Origin: Podarcis muralis
Taxonomy: Eukaryota
Direction: 5' to 3'
DNA: 64,000 bases
Assembly (NCBI RefSeq): GCF_964188315.1
Contig: NC_135662.1
Location: 7,378,001 to 7,442,000, forward strand
Below are positions 60,272 to 64,000 of the stretch, piece after piece. How positions within the stretch are numbered: the stretch's first letter is position 1; each line of letters starts with the position of its first letter. The position numbers were made by a program, and so were the translations under genes. The notes under the pieces are model-generated. The model was not told where the DNA came from. It did not search any database and worked only from the letters and a program-made list of their open reading frames with translations.

Positions 60272-61399
60272 TAGCTTTTCAATTTTTGAAACAAATAAGT
60301 TGATATTTTATCACAGAACAAGGGAACTTTGAGTTTCAAAGCATGGCAATATCATACCCAAACATTATCAGTTAGGAAATGATTCTCATAACAGGGAAAA
60401 TATTTTTCCTAGAGGTTTTCCTGGAAAACTACAAATTCAAAGACATTTCCAAATAAAGAGAAAGCACCATTTTTCTTCAAACCAAAATTGTTGGATTATG
60501 TTAATCCAACTGAATGATCAAGTTAATCTGATTTAATGTTGCAATGATGCTTTTCATAATTGCAGAACTAGTCATTGGGAAGGGGATTTGAATCTCCTTG
60601 CATTTTACTTAGACATTATCTAATTTAAACTTCCTGACCCAATATGCAAAACAAAATTTTCTTTGAAATTCAAATTTACCCACATTTTTGGATGCAGTTC
60701 TCCAACCAAAGTGTTTACAAAAAATTCATGTATTATGGCAATATGCTTGTTAAAGTGTGTTCATTCTTCAAGACAGCACAAACATTACATTTTTTAAAAA
60801 AGAAAGTCACACTAACATATTTTTCAATATTACATGAAGCTATTTCTTTTTAATCCAAATTGTTGCAGAAATGTAGAGAATTCAAAATGTGAGAAACTGA
60901 GAGAACCCAAAATGGAAATCTCCACCTATCCCTTATGCAGACTATAAGATGAAGTTATGGTCCTACATTAATCACATATGCTGTACCACATCTTCATTCT
61001 TAGGTGTGTTGAAGTTAATGTATACAGTGCTAATACTGAACATGATATTACTTTTTTATGTGCACTTACCACAGTCGTCTAGATATATTCTTCTCCTTTT
61101 TTTGAAAAAGAGGATTTATGTAAGAGAAAAGAAAATTACAATTAGTATCCAGTTACAGAGGCTACTTTTGGTTTAACAGATTAATTGTTTATAGCAACTG
61201 AGCAAAGAGGTCAAGGAAAAGAAAGAATGCAAATATAAGGTAGTTTAATTTTAATAAAATGTGTTGCAATTTCACAAACCAAATATACGTATTGAATCAA
61301 AGGAGGTAACATTGGTGAACATTATATAATAGCACAGTGCATGAGATACTCTTATGGTGCATTCAATATGACTTAACAGATTGTAGAACTGGACCCAAA

Positions 61400-61741
61400 C
61401 AAAATGAATTTCAATACGGACCAGTTTCAGGTTCTACACTTAGGTAGGAGAAACCAGTTGCACATATATAAGATAAGGGAAACCTGTCTTTCCACTAGTA
61501 CATTTGAAAAGGATCTAGGGGTCTTAGTAGACCAAAAGTTTCACACGTCAGCCATGTGGTGTAGCAGGAAAAAGCAACTGCTTTCTAGGCTGCATCAACA
61601 GATATACTGTATAGTTCCTAATCAAGGGAAGTAATAATTCCATTCTATTCTGCCTTGGTCAAACCACACCTGGAATACTGTGTCCAGTTCTGGGTGCCAC
61701 AATTTAAGAATTATGTTGAAAAGCTGGAATATGTGCAGGGT

Positions 61742-61793
<52 letters not shown>

Positions 61794-61895
61794 CCAAGAT
61801 AATCAGGGGTCTGGAAACCAAGCCTTATGAGGAACAGGTGAGGGAGTTGGGCATGTTTAGCCTGGGGCAGAGGAGACTGAGAGAAGAGAGAGAGG
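61400..61895 (+). mobile_element. CR1 ORF2 fragment containing a (GT)n(GA)n microsatellite
   Basis: [18 protein letters not shown]..., [17 protein letters not shown]. Confidence 0.85.
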
Positions 61896-61959
61896 AGAAC
61901 AGAATCATAGAACCGTAGAGTTGGATGAGACCCCAAGGGTCATCTAGTACAGAGCCCTT

Positions 61960-62530
61960 GTTATATTAAAGGGCTGTTACATGGATGATGGATCCAACTT
62001 GATTTCTCCTGCTTCAGAGACAGGACATGACCCAATGGATTCAAGTTGCAAGAAAGGAGATTCCAACTAACTATCAGGAAGAACTTTCTGACAAGAAGAG
62101 CTGTTATACCTGAAGGAGTGTCTCCACCCACATCGTTCTGTCCGGACACTGAGGTCCAGCACCGAGGGTCTTCTGGCGGTTCCCTCACTGTGAGAAGCGA
62201 GGTTGCAGGGAACCAGGTAGTGGCACCCTCCCTGTGGAATGCCCTCCCATCAGATGTCAAAGAGATAAACAACTACCTGACATTTAGAAGACATCTGAAG
62301 GCAGCCCTGTTCAGGGAAGTTTTTAATGTGTGACATTTTAATGTATTTTTAATCTTTGCTGGAAGCCTCCCAGAGTGGCTGGGGAAACCAAGCCAGCTGG
62401 GCGGGGTACAAATAATGAATTATTATTGTTAACCTTGGAGGTTTTTAAGCAGAGGTTGGATGAAAATCTACACTGCAGGTGGTTGGACCAGAAGACCTCC
62501 GGGGTCCCTTCCAACTATACAATTCTATGT
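61960..62530 (+). mobile_element. CR1 3' fragment interrupted by an L2 (62106-62430)
   Basis: QERRFQLTIRKNFLT, then L2 3' sequence, then ttggaggtttttaagcagagg...attctatg. Confidence 0.8.
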
Positions 62531-64000
62531 TTCTATGTATCTGGAATATATATATTTATTTACATATTATCCTCAAATACTTCCCTGCTTAACCTTGTTT
62601 GGTTTTAGCGTTATAGAATGTTTGGGAGTGTAAATGGCTGAACTGGACAGCCAACCTCCCCGTTTCTCTTCTACAAGCTGCTATAAGTGTGAAGCCCCAC
62701 CCTAACTCATGAAAACATGCAGAGAGAAATTGCCACAGTATCAGCAAACAGGCACCTAAATCAGCATCATGTAAAAGCAAATGGGGAAGCAATTAAAAGG
62801 GAGCTTTTGTTTAGGAGTGCTTACCTCGTAATCATCCATCATGGGATAGTCCATAAAATGTACTGGTCCCCCAAGAAACCCAAGCTACAGTTGCAGCTAG
62901 AACAGCCTCCAACACATAATAAGCTAGTTAGCAAAATAATTAAGTGGAAAACTAAAGAGGAAACTGAATCACCACCTAATTTTGAAACGCATCCTGGTAT
63001 TGTTCCAGCATCAACACAGGAAGTAGGTGTTAGAGAAAGAAGAATTGAGCTTGTAATATTTACTGTGCTTGATGCCAGGCTATGCTGCTGTGGGTCGCCC
63101 CTTCCCCACCTCACTTGACCTCCGCACCGATGCGTCAAGTGAGGAGACCCCCAGCGGCAGGCAGAGAAGGACAGGAAGCTGGGGACAGGGCCTGCCAGAA
63201 CATGCCTGGGTGGAACAGAAATCCCTATGGAAGATGGCACCTGTGTTGGGGCACCTGGTTCACACCCTCTCAAAATTGTGTGCCTGGGGCCATGCCCCCT
63301 CCCGATCTGTCTATAACCCTTTCCTTTCCTTCCTCGTGGATAACAAAGTACAGTAAGTAACCCATGGGATATGAGGTGGTCTATCATCTCTAATCCCCTT
63401 GGCCCCCAGTATGACTCTGGCTAACTGGTTTGATTGATTAGCCACTTGCTACGTATGATATATGTTCGGAGGCATGTAGAGGAGTGTTCATAGTGGCAAG
63501 TCCAGGTGTAGGAATTCCATCAAATTTTATCTGAAATGAACATTCAAAGAAAATGTTGGGGTAGTTCTTTCATGCAAAACATCTAAGCAATATTTTGAGT
63601 TTTATACATCAAGTCTTAAAGATTGTGTGGTGTTGATTTTTCTTGTGCAAAGGTTCTTCCTCATTTTGCTGAGAGATTTTCCCTTGAGGAAGCCCCCCTC
63701 TCCTTTTTTTACTGAAGATTCAGTTTCTGCAAAAGCTTGTGTTTTTCAAGAAGTTTCCTTGATATGAAGTTTGTTACATATGTTTCATAATCAGCTTTCA
63801 CCCACAGGAAGTATCTCACCAGTTAATCTGCTGATTTCTGTGCATAGTTGCCATGACTTCAAAAACTAGCATTGTCTTGTCCAGAGCATTCGTCTTGTAA
63901 CTGCATGTGTTTTGGGGTGTGTATCAGAGTGCAGAATCAACAATATGGTTTATCCCCCTCACAAATAGTAGATACAGTGGTTACGAACTCTGGTTACAAA

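Noticed and set aside
63975-64000. Possible start of another CAGTGG MITE
   Set aside because: Cut off by the window edge; the second TIR is not visible.

Overview
Eukaryotic (squamate reptile, most likely lacertid lizard) genomic DNA, judged by its repeat complement: Sauria SINEs with (ACCTTT)n tails, two other tRNA-derived SINE families, CR1, L2, L1-like and RTE-BovB LINEs, Penelope fragments, and TA-flanked and hAT MITEs. The right half (~36.5-59.9 kb) is a Mas-related GPCR (MRGPR/MAS-like) cluster undergoing birth-and-death evolution. It has four apparently intact receptors (36631+, 42498-, 45168-, 58868-) and four pseudogenes, and includes a recent 2.65-kb tandem duplication and an older inverted duplicate. 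The left half is repeat-rich, shows traces of an old ~13-15 kb duplication, and carries one long coding terminal exon (21612-22628) of an unidentified gene. The most unusual signals are: a R3.50K (EKC) subfamily of receptors whose twin copies differ mainly in their extracellular loops; hammerhead-ribozyme motifs in Penelope relics, including a nested palindrome; two 5'-inverted L1-like insertions with target-site duplications; and an unidentified coding-like relic present twice. All coordinates and alignments were made by eye; no database searches were run.
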